NCBI RefSeq assembly: GCF_018977255.1
Contig: NW_024704742.1
Coordinates: 4,156,001-4,220,000, forward strand
Direction of reading: 5' to 3'
DNA: 64,000 nt
Source of the DNA: Callorhinchus milii
Lineage: Eukaryota
Below, piece after piece: positions 12,195 through 25,139 of the stretch (position 1 is its first letter; each line of letters begins with the position of its first letter). The position numbers and the translations under genes are program-made. The notes under the pieces were generated by a model. The model saw nothing but the letters and a program-made list of their open reading frames with translations. It made no database searches and was not told the DNA's origin.

Positions 12195-12874
12195 ACAACA
12201 GATGCGTTAAAAATTTGCACTTCGTGAAAAAAAAACGTAAAAAACGACGATGAAAAAGTGAAACAAGATACTGCCACCGCAGACCGTGACCGTATGTAGT
12301 CAGTCAAATAGAAGAAAGTGGTGTTTCACTACACGAGCAGTGAAACCGAACATTCTGGTCAATATGGCAACTAAGCTCACAGCAATCTCGGCAATAACAG
12401 GACTTGGCACAAATGCACAAAAGATCAAAGGTAGCTGTTTCCGCGATGACAGTTTATGGGGATATTTTGGTCGCCCAGGTAGCGGGATGGAGAAAAGCCA
12501 ACAAGTCTGAGCTACTGCTGTCCTACTCTATTAACATTCTCAAAATAAAGTACACTTTAGGGGGCAATTCTCTCCGCCTCCCATTTTAAATTGAAACTCT
12601 GCTCTTTGGAAAAAAAAGATAAACAGGGTTAATACATTTTTTTTAAAAAAAAAGTATGAATCTATAGAACTCAGCAGCCACAGCGATCCCGAAAACTCAA
12701 GGAAGAAAGATCGTGTGTTTTTTTAATATCTCAAACAAAACATCTCAAAGTCTTCACAAGTAACTAATGCCAAGTGTAGTGACTGCTTTTGTATGCAATG
12801 AAGTTCTAAAGGCATTTATTCGAGCTGCCTCATAGCATGCTCTACGATACCCATTTGCTATTTTAATAGAAGTT

Positions 12875-13050
12875 ATAATAATAATAATCCTTGCAGTTGG
12901 TAGAGCGACTTATCACGTCTTTGAGACGTCTCAAAGCGCTTCACAGAATATACTGTAAAGTGAATTGAGTGGGCGAAACACGGCAGCCAATTGCACACAG
13001 TAATGTCCCACAAACAGTCGTAGATTGAGTGACTAATTTATTATTGTTAT
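12875..13050 (-). mobile_element. SINE 3' part; a diverged CORE-like remnant continues to about 13220
   Basis: (AAT)n-ccttgca...cacgtctttgagacgtctcaaagcgcttcacag. Confidence 0.85.
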
Positions 13051-13975
13051 TAATAATCAGAAACATAGTAAAACATTTCATATCCACGTGCCGAATATCA
13101 TCTCATTATAGAACTGTGAGGTTGGTGAGACAATGCAATTGTGCGAAGTTTCCCAGGTCTGTGAATGACTTGTGCAGTACGACTGGGATCTGGAAGTTTG
13201 AGGCAAGCGAGGACTTGAAGCAATTTTTTTTCTCCAGTGTACAGTGTTGGATTACTGGAGGAAGGAAGAAAGAGAAAGAGAGAGGGAATAGAGAAGGAAA
13301 GAAACTCGAAAAAGGAAGACTCCAAGACAGTCGGCAAGAGAGAGAGAAAGAATAAGGGCGAGCATCCTATGGTACCCTATTGACACTATATCCCGAAGGA
13401 AGACATTTTAGGTTATCACTGCCACCAATTTATATTCTGGTATGACCTGTTAACTGCAGTTTCCTTATCCACAATGTGACGAATCTCAATTAGTGCGCAA
13501 TGATATTCCTGTGACCACCTTTCCTCCAATACGACAAACATCGTTAATTTCTTAAGTGTCGGGACCTGATGTTTCCTTGATGTCCGTATCCTCCAACTTG
13601 GTTAAGTTGTCCATGAGGTTGATCGGTGAATCTTCCAAAAGAGTTGAGGGAAGGGTTACTGGCCCATTCTCGACCCCCATCTCTTACAAATTGTTCTTTT
13701 ACTGTCAGGCAGGCTGGCATTAATCGTGCTTTGGGGTGTGCCTTAAACCGTTCATTGATACGTGCCAGAAATACTAGCCTTGCATACTTGTCCACTCTTG
13801 TCCACGGAGTATCTTGATGTTTCACTGTGTTACTAAGAACGATGCAGGATTTTTTTTAAAAAAAAGGATCAACATTCAACCACTTAACTGCTCTCCGAGT
13901 CAAACAATCATCGTAAAGTGGCCTCAGATGGGTGGCACTGTCTGGCTTCTCATGCTTTCTGTGTACTTCTAATAT

Positions 13976-14147
13976 ATAATAATAATAATAATAAAAATCG
14001 TTGAATTTGAGATAGCGCCTTATCACGTCTTTGAGACGTCTCAAAGCGCTTCACAGAACATACTGTTAAGTGAATTGACTGTATATTTTGTGGCTGAAAC
14101 GCGGCAGCCCAGCAGCGTCCCCGCAAACAGTTGTGGATCGTGGATTA
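13976..14147 (-). mobile_element. SINE 3' part
   Basis: Same tail sequence in reverse orientation. Confidence 0.85.
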
Positions 14148-14337
14148 CTTATGTCATCGATAGAGCTCACATTACCCACTTGCACATTTTATCACATCTT
14201 TGCCATGCCATCTTGCCTGCATATCCAAATGTCAAAACAGTGCAGCTGATTGCCACTAATGTCACTGACCAGTTTAGCAGAGAAACCATTTCCAGTAAAG
14301 CACCAGCACAACCCTCACAGGTTCAACCCTCACTGTA

Positions 14338-14556
14338 CTTTTCCAGGGCTGATAATCCCTCCAAAAAAAGTTAAAAGTAATAATAATTTGGCTACTCAAT
14401 CCGCTGCTGTGCGCAATTGACTGCTGCGTTTTGCCCACAAAATATAGTCAATTCACTTTAAAGTCTATTGAAGTCCGTGAAGTGCTTTGAGACGTCTCAA
14501 AGACTTGATAAGGCGCTATATCAAATGCAAGGACTGTTATTGGTAATATTATTATT
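14338..14556 (+). mobile_element. SINE 3' half
   Basis: gataatccc...gctgctgtgcgcaattg...ggcgctatatcaaatgcaagg. Confidence 0.85.
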
Positions 14557-15207
14557 TATAGATCTCTAAGGCCAGGTACACCCACTCCAGACAGAGAAAG
14601 AGAGAGGGAGGGTGGGATTGAAAGGAAAATCATCTCCAGATTACTTTCCTGCACCTTTTAAGAAATGGTCAAAGATGAGCATAGAATGAGCATCAGTGCT
14701 GACCCTAACAATATTCAGCTGTACACACAAATTGTTGTTGGCTTGTAGGCTGTGTTTTCAGATTATGCATATAAGCATTCACTGACTGACCCTTACCCTA
14801 GCGGAACTTTTTACTGGATCAGGCATGAAATAACTTCATTTTATATGTGCAAAAGTACATCCTTTTTATGCTGCTGATAATAATTCATCTGTGAACACGA
14901 TTACGTTTACAGGGCCCTACAGCACATACAATTAATACATGTTCAGCAAGCAATATACAGTACAGGCATGATTCCAGCTATTGAAATTTGCTGAAACTAT
15001 ATTGAAGCAAGAGATAGAATAGGAAGTTCTAAAGAATCCCAAACCGTCAACCCTGTACATCACGCCCACGGGCATGTGTCCTGAATGCCTTGAATTTTCA
15101 GCTGATCTTGTTAGTTGTTCATCCTAGTTTTTAACCATACGTATTAACAGTCTCCACTTTAGGAGTTTTACTTTCATTCTGGCCCCTTGCATTTCCTTAA
15201 AAGCCCT

Positions 15208-15317
15208 TATAATAACAACGCTTGCATTTGATATAGAGCCTTATCACGTCGTTGAGACGTCTCAAAGCCCTTCCACAGGATATACTGAGAAGTGAACTGA
15301 CTGTATATTTTGTGGGC
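15208..15317 (-). mobile_element. SINE tail
   Basis: cttgcatttgatatagagccttatcacgtcgttgagacgtctcaaag. Confidence 0.8.
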
Positions 15318-15755
15318 TCTTCCTACAGCTATTATGATATTCGAGTTTATGCTTATATTGCTTTGCAAAATAATGTTAGTTTACGGAAGGATGTACTCAT
15401 TGCTAATTGTGATGACTGATCAAAACAAAAAGAGGCAACAAACCTATTTATTTAGAATAGTTCAGGATTAGCTCTTACTTTCCAGTTGAAGGACACTTAT
15501 AATGCTGGTGCTAGATTTGGGAAATGTTAAGATTGGTCATAATGTCTAGTCATTCAGCAAATGCACCTCGATGTTATAGAAGTTATACCGAATGCAAAGC
15601 TTATCATTTATTTTCTACACTCAAACATCTGTTTATTAAACCATGCTGTTTAAATTAGATCACGATTCAGTGTGAAAATACCAAATGTAAGTGCAGTGCA
15701 CAAACAGGATCCGAGCAATATCAAACTGCTGCAATTTACCTTTAGCTTTTACCAC

Positions 15756-15995
15756 TTAGTCGGTTGGTGGATCGCTTTTCCGAGGGTAATAATCCTTTGA
15801 CAATAATAATAATAATACTAAAAATAATTGGTCACTCAATCCACGACGGGTTGTGGGGACACTGCTGTGCGCAATTGGTTGCCACGTTTCGCCCACGAAG
15901 TATACAGTCAATTCACTTTACAATATTCTGTGAAGCGTTTTGAGACGTCTCGAAGATGTGATAAGGCGCTATATTAAATGCACGGATTAATATTG
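15756..15995 (+). mobile_element. SINE 3' two-thirds
   Basis: ttagtcggttggtggatcgcttttccgagggtaataatcc followed by the family tail. Confidence 0.85.
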
Positions 15996-16084
15996 TTAAA
16001 ATATAGCTGTAGGTCATTTCATTTAATAACCCTATAAATAATAATTTGGCGATTGTTGTATTAACCCTGGCGTCTGAGGTACCT

Positions 16085-16228
16085 TCAAATGAGCTGTTAA
16101 GCCAAGGTCCGCTCTGCCTGTTCAGGTGGAGGTCAAAGATCCATGATACGATTCACAAAGGGGTGGTGCTCTCAGTGATCTGGCCAACAGTTCTCCTGAT
16201 AAATTGCCCATTTACTTCCTCGCTTGCT

Positions 16229-16265
<37 letters not shown>

Positions 16266-16330
16266 CGAGAGAGAGAGATTTTGCTGGTTGCAAATTGTCT
16301 GCCTCTTTTCAGTCACTTCACTTGGCAGCA
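16085..16330 (+). mobile_element. Deu-domain SINE (SacSINE1-like) fragment interrupted by a (TG)n(AG)n microsatellite
   Basis: aaggtccgctctgcctgttcaggtggaggtcaaagatcccatg; microsatellite at about 16228-16278. Confidence 0.7.
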
Positions 16331-18704
16331 ATTGCCTTGAAATTTATTAACAGTATAAATGTTATATTAAATGCATGGATTATTATTAACTTTCCAACCT
16401 AAAAATATTTCTATTAAACGAGGTGGATTTAGACCATTGAGCAGTGAGAAAAAAAAGCATCAAATGTGGAAGATGCCTCGTTACAGTGGCCTCTTCAAAC
16501 GCTTGGGTCAATATTTGTATCGGTCGAAACTGAAGGACGCAATTGCAAAAAGTCAAAACAATACAATTCTTACAAATAACAGCATTACGTTTCAGCAGTG
16601 TGGCAGGTTTTGATTTCGCTGACACAAAGGTGGATGAAATGTGTAAAACAACGGATTATTTTGCTTCTGAACAACCGTCTGTCTTCCTCGTAAAATAGGA
16701 CTGTGCTGAATATGAGTTTTCAAAAGCTTCCCAACAATTTCAGGCTCCTTTAATGACAATAGAAAGCTCTGATCTGACTATTCGCTTTAGATACGGGTAC
16801 AGATGCGAGAAAACAATTTCCCACAAGGGTTAAACCCAATACTTCAAACTGAAACCCTTTGTGCACGCAGGACAATTTCTGTGCCTGTGTGTGCAACAGA
16901 AAAACAAACTGTGATGATGTGGTAAGTTTGATTTTTATGGTTTAAATCTGTCTAGTCACAGTATATTTTACAGTCACTTTACATTATGTTTGGCACTTTA
17001 GTAAGCCAAATGGAATTGATATACATCACGAGCATCCCTCTAATGCTTCTTTTGATGTCAGTTTAAACAATTTTGGGAAGTCCATGGTAATACTTTGATC
17101 CAATTTTCTGAATGGAATTTACTAAGAGTTGGAAAATGATTTGATTTTCTGCACAGCAGGTTAGATTTAAACCATTCCAAATCACATTGAAAATTATCCA
17201 ACCAAAGGCTTCCAAATAGAAATAGTTCTACTAGTTTCTTCAAATGAATGAATTTCAGTCACATTATTGGAGTGAGGGCTGGTAGAACTGTATTTAATGA
17301 GATTACTCCCATCCACCATTTTACTGATTAAAAAGTATATAGAGTGACTTACAATCTTTGGTATGCAAGGCACACTGTGCCTGGGAGGAGTACCCTGTAC
17401 TATAGTCCACTGTATAAGAGGAGAAATATTTTTTGAACAATTACATTTTTCAGAACATTTTCTGAAGATGATTATGTTATCATACGATAAAGTTGCACAG
17501 TGATTTGAGGGACAATTTATTTTTGAAAAGGTACATTTTAACTTTTCCCTCTTCGAAGAAAGGTGCAAAGTTGATTTGTAAGGTACATTGTTATGGTAAC
17601 CTATGTCATTATGCCCAGTCCTTTATAAAGCTTTCGGAATGCAAATGTGACAGGCGATACAGGTTGCAGTTTTTTGGTAGGTTAATTGGCATCAGGTCAA
17701 AAAATTCTTTTCGGCTTTATTTGATTGGTGTGGACTGGGACAAAATGTGTTTGGTTAAAAATAAATCAAGCGAACGTGAGCGTTTGGATTGACTAAAGCA
17801 TTCCTTGTACAGTAGAAATATAAATACTAACAGCCCTGTTGTGACAAAAATGCGTGGATCAAACCATCATCGGCACGGGAATGAAAATGGTGAGTTAGCC
17901 GTAGGGATCTGACCAGTTATTTAGCAAACAGCAGGAAAACCTCATGTGTTTCAGATCTTTAAAATACATACGTTTTTCGGTAGTAAACGTAAGTACAGAT
18001 TGTTGAGCAGCTTTTTATTTGACCTGGGAAAATTCACACAATGGTACCTCGTGGCATTTGTTTAGACCACTCCTTGTAAAATACCAAATGCCAGAAATTT
18101 AAGAACATCTAGACGAATCCACTATGTTTTACACAATTAATCCTTCCTAATGATGCAGGTCGACATCAGCTAACCATTTCCCATTAAAAATAACACTCAC
18201 TCAGGAAAGAATAAGTTAAATACTTTTTTTTTGTCAGCACAATCACTGTATAAACATCACAGCAGGTACGCTATTGCCTCCAAAGATATTTTTTTTCGCA
18301 CTGCTAACAGATAACCATCTGTAATTTAAAAAATAAGAAATAATTACCTAATTAAGTTTTCCAGAACCACAAACACGGGCCAATAAACAATTAGCCTCTA
18401 AACAATAAGGCACATTAAATGCACTAAATCTGTACATCTGCATAGCTGGATACACAGTCAAATTTCAAGCTCGGTCAGAAGTGCCAATGAAAAGACAAGT
18501 GCTTTACGGCACTTACTCCAATTCATTGTACGCTAATTATTAAATATCGAACAAATATTTGATCAGATTTTTTTTCAACACAAAAAATGCTCTATTCTAC
18601 TACATAATCTCATCATGGCTCAGTACAGTGTCACACAACACTGTGCATTAATATTTTAAGACGTCATGGCCGCATATACAGTACTACCTGTCCACATATT
18701 GGAA

Positions 18705-18772
18705 CAACAAAAAACAACAAGCTGCATTTATGCAGCGTCTTTCACGTCGGAAGGACGTCCCGAGGTGCTGGA
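18705..18772 (-). mobile_element. L2-type 3' tail
   Basis: aacaacaagctgcatttatgcagcgtctttcacgtcgg. Confidence 0.65.
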
Positions 18773-19096
18773 CAGTTAAACGTTTTCATCCTCACTCGGG
18801 GAGGTGTTATTGTAGGACATCAGAGAGTTGCAATAGATTTTATAAACTCGGTTCTATTCTCACCATCGTTTTGATCTTATTTTGAATAAGATTTGTACAG
18901 TAAAAGCAATGAAAAAATGCATGAGAGTTTAATGCAATTTTATTTGTGGAATTGGTCCTTTATGACTGGGGCCAGCCTCTGTGGGTTATATACCTGTTAA
19001 TTCTGTAAGCACCTGTTTAGGTCGCATGTGACCAATTCTTTACATTTTCCCTCCATCTCTTAAGGAGGACATTGCTTCCACTCAATATTTTCCTCG

Positions 19097-19151
19097 ATAT
19101 TTTTGATGGTCAAGTCCTTATCTGAAACAAGGACTTGATCATCAAAAATAT
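19097..19151. repeat. Inverted repeat, 23-bp arms (22/23), 9-nt loop
   Basis: atatttttgatggtcaagtcctt-atctgaaac-aaggacttgatcatcaaaaatat. Confidence 0.9.
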
Positions 19152-19264
19152 GTTCCAAATAAAGCATCGTTACAGGGACAGCCAATTAATTTACCCCCTC
19201 ATCACGTGTTGCTAGAAAAGAAGAAATCTTCTGTGGCTCTGAATATTTTTATTTTGCTCCTTAC

Positions 19265-19386
19265 TTTGCCCACAAAATATATAGTCATTCACTTTACAGT
19301 ATATTCCATGAAGCGCTTTGAGACGTCTCGGAGACGTGATAAGGCGCTATCTCAAATACAAGGATTATTATTATTATATTATTATT
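19265..19386 (+). mobile_element. SINE tail
   Basis: gcccacaaaatatatagtcattcactttacag...aggattattatt. Confidence 0.85.
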
Positions 19387-22300
19387 CATTGTTGTGCTTT
19401 GACAGACTTGGAAAACAAGTTAGGGAAAATGGAATAGAAAAAAAATCAACCTGGGCAAACCAACCAATTAATGAAATATATATATACACATATATATGTG
19501 TGTGTATATTATATATATGATACACATTTCATTAACTTTTTTTCTCCACCTCTTCTCTTCCGCTCCCCACCACCCCCCCATCACTCGCCTGATGTGTTAC
19601 ACACAAATAAACTTGGCAGCAGTCTGACTCAGACAAAATAAAAAAAAACACCCCTAACAAAGCAGACCTCATTTCTCTCATAGTTAAATCTCAAGGGCAG
19701 CCAGATCCAATTTCATCACTTAGACACATACTGTGCACAACATTAAATCACCTTGTAGAGAAGCCACCACAGCTAATGGACATTTAGAGTTTACACGTGT
19801 GCTCAGTCACCTCACCGGCACTGTTATTCTTCACTGAGAATATACAAAAAAATATACAAAACACTACTCGCTAAAATAAACTTCAGACAAATTGCAAAAA
19901 AAACTTAAAACTTTTAAAATCAGATTGCGGTATCCAAGTACCTACCTCGCCGTGAAATATCTACGGTGCCTTGCCTATCTTTTTTTAATACTATTGTATT
20001 AACCCAAACTGGTTTGTCCACACACTCTTGACACTCATATAAATAAGCCTCCTTTGCAGGAAGCTCACCACAAAAAGATGTAGACGATACCACCCTCCTG
20101 ATACAACGTAGTAATCCCTTAGCACTCGGAATGACATGCACATGGATAACTTCCAGAGTCAGGGTCACACTGGTAAGATTTAATTCAATTCACCAACTCA
20201 GTGTCAAAGACAATGCAGGGCACTATGTAAACAGGGACAAGGTTCACTGTGGGCCCACATAAATTAGTGGAGTGGAAGACTTTTGAGTCCCCTCTAAAGA
20301 CGGCTATTGTAGCGTATCGTTGGGACGTCAACCATTTCGGTGTCCCAACGTTTGGTTTTACCCCTCCAAAGTAGTGATGAAAAAAAACTCACTACAAGCA
20401 CGTATCAACGACTCGCCCAGAAACAGATCAATGCAAATTCGTGCCGTGTGATAAAGTCATTTTTTTATTAAAAAAAACTGGCCAAATCCAATATACTTGT
20501 CAATATCACAAAATGTTTCTGACGTTACAATAGGCTATTCTGTTGTGTTTGTAATTTTGTAATGAAGCGGCTTGTTTGCCTTCAGTGAAGCGACGCACTT
20601 AAAAGTAACTTCAAATGAAACGCACGTTTCTATCTTACACAAGATTTTCTATTTGACACAAATTTTGCATTGAACAAACAGAATACCAGAATTCTCAGTA
20701 ACACCTGAGAAAACGCGCATTCAGTAATGTACAATTCTACACATAAATACAGTAGTTCTGCAAATGTTTACAGCTTCTCTCTCCGTCTGGGTAATGTTTT
20801 AGCCAAAAGTATTTGCTACTGTCGTTTGATTATGGACTATATTTTACGATCTCCATAAAATTCAGCTGATTCAATCATCTTTTATATTTAAAACACCATA
20901 TATCCACTGGCGTTGGTAGGTTTGGCTTGGTTTACTGATTTGGAATTGGAGTAAACGGAACAGAAGACACTGAATGGCCATCAGATAATTAGGGTTTTAT
21001 TTCCACAAGGCAATTTATGGTTAGACATGCACAAGGTAGAGGACACGTGGCAGATGGGCTTGATTTCTATACGTTTTGTTGCAATTTTGAAAAATTAAGT
21101 TAGTAAACTAGAGTCATGGTGAGTAAACAAAATAATGTTATTTGTTACTGTCTACAGTATCTGGACTTTAGACGGGGAAACAGTGTCATGGAGTATCCAC
21201 GTTAGAAAGACAACATGACTGCCTTTAACAGTAAGACCTTTGGTTACACGGCTGTACGGCACACCTCGCTTATGAAAAGCTCTGGAGTTTAACAGAAAGG
21301 AATACATTGATTTTTTTTTCAATTAAAAGTTTAAAAAAAGTTGGGCTGAAAATGACTTCCAGCGTACATTTCCTCTTCTTGGGTCAAACGTTTCAAACAT
21401 CAACAATCCTCGGCGTAAAAAAAATCCTAGGCTCAGATTCAAGTCGTCTGGTGATTTGAGAATCAAAACAGCGTGTCAGGAAGGCCTCGGTCTCAAAGAT
21501 CAGTGTTATATTTGAAGAACAAAGTGTTTTCCTCACTGTACATCACTACTTTGGGGACCAAAGGAGCAGAAGAGTTATTTGGACTGGTCAGTTCATCCAT
21601 GTAGACATGGGAATACTTTAAATAGTCCATGTCGCTCTTAGCTTTAACGCAGGATTACCATCTGACCTGCTGAATCATTCAGGTAAGCGCAGCAGGAAAA
21701 CCATTTATTAGTTAAGAAAACGAGTTCAACGCTGAAACTATACAATGATGCGCGTCATTTCGTTATTTCAGTCGTCGTTCAGACATACAGAAGAAGAATG
21801 AAATGCTACGTTATTTTAATTTTTAAAAAAAGTCCTCAACCCCAATGTGAATTTCGAATTGTTTCTCTCTGCATTGGTGCATTCAGTATTTGGAGTAGAT
21901 TTTAATTCGACGTGTTCCTGTAGGTAACATTGAAGCTTCGGGTCTTTCCTCATATAAATAAATAACTCCTCTCATGCGTACTCGAGTACAGCACTAAGCT
22001 ACATAGAGAAGACAACCAATCATCAAAAAAATAGTAAATGCATAAAAGATCGCATTTCTTCTAATTCCTGAGAGGTGTTATTTCTGTGGTTTGATTAAAA
22101 AAGAAACCCCAAACAAATAATTATTATGAACTGGATTTTATGTTGCATTTTGAAATAATTAATTGCAGTACGTACTTCACAATTTAGTACTCTCCAAGCA
22201 CGACCTTACGATCAGGAGAGTTAAAATATGAATGAAAACAACGATGAAAGTTGTGCACAAACGAGAGGAACGAGAGGAAACAAGAGGATGCAAGTCTAAC

Positions 22301-23024
22301 ATTGGAAATTAACATACCGGTTATCTAAATGATCTAAATCACTGCTATATTAGATAATCAATTCAAGGTAAGTAGTGGTACATGGTAATGATCAGGGAGC
22401 AGGCACTGGGCAAGTAAATAAGACTTGTTCTCGTGCAGGATAAAATATGAGCGAGGAGTGGGTCATAACAAGGAAATGACAAAACCCTCTTCTATTATTC
22501 ACGTTCCAGTTCAATCACCAGCGTATGATGGGGAGGGAGGAGTGGGGGAGAGAGGAGGAGAGGAGAGGCGAGACAGGAATGAATCCAGCTGAAGGTGAAC
22601 AGCTATACTCATTTCCAAGTCCCCTTCCATAAAACAACAAGCACTCTAAACCACGCTCATCGTAAAACTAGCCTTTTACACGGTGTGTTTTGAAAACTTT
22701 GAATACGGCCCTTCCTGTGCCACCCCTAAGTCGGGAAAGGCCTCGTTTGCCCAAACATAACTGGTCCCAGGGCTGCATAATCATTTCCTCAGAATCGTGG
22801 GCCATCCGAGCTGCTTCAGTAAAATTCACGTGGAATATCGAAACGCAGAACGCCTCCGACATTGTGTTCTCTGGCGTTCACTATGACGCATCGCCGTCAG
22901 GTTAATGAGAGCGCGTGTCGATTTCGAACAACTTGTGCTGCGTGTTTCATATTCATTCAATTATACATCATAAACCCTCGGAAGTGTGATTCTAGGAAAC
23001 CGCTTATATGATATTATGTTTACG

Positions 23025-23097
23025 GAGAGAGGGAGAGAGGGAGAGAGAGAGAGAGAGAGAACGCGCACACACGCACACACACACACACGCACACACA
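23025..23097. repeat. Compound (GA)n(CA)n microsatellite
   Basis: Read directly from the sequence. Confidence 0.9.
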
Positions 23098-23649
23098 TCG
23101 GTTTCGTTTTTTTGTGTTTTACGCAGGAAAAGAGAAAACAATGCAATACATGCCACAATCCAGGCTTTTGGGACGGTACACACTAGTGATCACACAATGC
23201 TGATACACTGCAGTTACCCCTGGCAACCTTCCTCAACTGTAACGATGCTGCTTTACAATAGCTTTCGCCGGGGCTGCTTTCTCTTCAGTTAGCTAAACGC
23301 TTAGGGACCATCTGCGTCGGCATGCTTCAAAGGACGGCCTGCCTGTGGGCCTGTCACTCCGAACACCACCTCTCTGACCCCGACTAAATGGAACTTTCAA
23401 GCCTTTTTTGTCCTCCCTGTTGACTTCTCCTATTAAGGCAACCCCTCTGACAAAGAAAGCGGAAGAGTGGGCTAACTGCACCCAAGAAAGGTGGTGTCTG
23501 ATACGTCTGAACACAGGGATTAGCAAGCCAATACATAACAAAAGGTAGCGAAGGAAAATGCAGTGGCATAGAAAAATATTGTTTTAGCCAGATCTTTCAA
23601 GAATACAATGAGCCGCGCTCTTCCTCTTTCCACCCCCCCCACCCCCCAC

Positions 23650-23825
23650 CCCCCCATGGACTAGTGCTAAGGACCTCAGTGTAGCGCTAAGCCATACACA
23701 CCAGAAGGTCGCTAGTTTTGATTCCTGTTCTTCACTGAATTTGTGGATGTCAGCTGGGGATGTATTTGAGACACAATTAGCCTTGGAACCCATGGGCAAG
23801 ACTGGGGAGAAATCAGCCAGATAAT
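23650..23825 (+). mobile_element. Ancient SINE, AmnSINE2-like 5' part
   Basis: ctaagccatacacaccagaaggtc...acaattagccttggaacccatggg...ggggagaaatcagccag; similar to the copies near 52195 and 55645. Confidence 0.55.
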
Positions 23826-23837
23826 CTATTATCTTCA

Positions 23838-24020
23838 TAGGACCGCAGACATTCGCAGCACGGGAGGAGGCCATTCGGCCCATCGTGTCTGTTCTGTCTT
23901 TCTGAAAGTATCCTCTTCTTCTGCCTTTTCCACGTGTCCCTCTGTACTTCTCCGTTACAGATGTTTGGAAGTTAACACGGATTCTGTCTCAACCGTGTTC
24001 TAAGTATCATTTCAAGTTCT
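23838..24020 (-). mobile_element. CR1 LINE 3' end fragment
   Basis: ggaggaggccattcggcccatcg is the reverse complement of the typical CR1 3' terminus. Confidence 0.6.
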
Positions 24021-24777
24021 AACACAATCCTTTGCTCTCAAATGTTTACGGGATAACTTGGGCGATGGTGACAAACTCCTTTTCATCTCAATTTATACTT
24101 CGGACCCACGTATACTTCTTTCAACAAGTGGGGCTGAGGAGATCTGCCATTTCCTTCAATTTCAATGGGGTGACTTGATCAAGCTCTCATTGGACTTCAA
24201 TTAGTGTGGCAACAAATTGCTCCAATGTGAGAGACCACAGATGATAGGATAGAAATTAACTGCGTTTTAAAATAAAAGCATTGCTGCAAAATATTAATGA
24301 CAAAATAAAAACAGGCTTCAATTAAAGGAACTACAGTTATGCGACTTAACACGGGCGATACTGAACGTGATGTCCCAAAATGAAGGGTTCAAAGAAAGTT
24401 GAACCAATGCCAAACTTAAAATAAGTGTATAATATTATCTCTTTCTTCTTCTCCTCTCCCGAAGGTATTGGTTCATGTGGCATTCCAGTGGGTTCTGACA
24501 ACCTTTTGGTATCTCCCTCCATTGGGCATTTCTTATGTGCGAGCCTCAACAACGTGTGTCAACTGGCTATTTACTGTAACCACATTATAGTGATCTTCCC
24601 CTCACCCAACGTCTACACACACGCGTGCGCTCGTACACGCACACTTTCCAGTAGGGGTCAAGAGCCGTAAAGTTAGCAGATTTCATCCCAACTGCACGGC
24701 TTATCACTTGGAATCAGCTAATTTAGCACAAACTGGGCTCGCCTGTTTGACGTCGGTTTCACTTTGGGTAGTATCAA

Positions 24778-25113
24778 TTTAGCTCAAGGTGGTGGCACTC
24801 TGGGCTCCAGGTTAGACGGTTATGGGTTCAATCCCCAATGTACTCAATCTCATGGTCCAAAGTAGCACTGTAAAACCAAGTGCTGCATTGTCAAAGGTGC
24901 CATCCTTCAGGTGAGACATTGAACTGAGGAGATTCAAGATACTCTTTGAAAAGAGAAGGGAGTTTCTCCCAGAGTCTTGGCCCAGAATCTTGCTGATAAA
25001 TTGGTTATTCACCTTATGGTTGTTTGCGGAAAACTTGTTGGCAAATGTGGCTGCCGACTTTTCCTACACCTCTCAGTGTGATGAGATGCTAAAGAAATGC
25101 AAGTTCTTTCTTC
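24778..25113 (+). mobile_element. Diverged Deu-domain SINE
   Basis: tRNA-like head (tagctcaaggtgg...ggttcaatcc), gtgctgcattgtcaaaggtgc, and tail gaaatgcaagttctttc. Confidence 0.65.
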
Positions 25114-25139
25114 CTTTACAATAAAAACCTCCCCATGTC

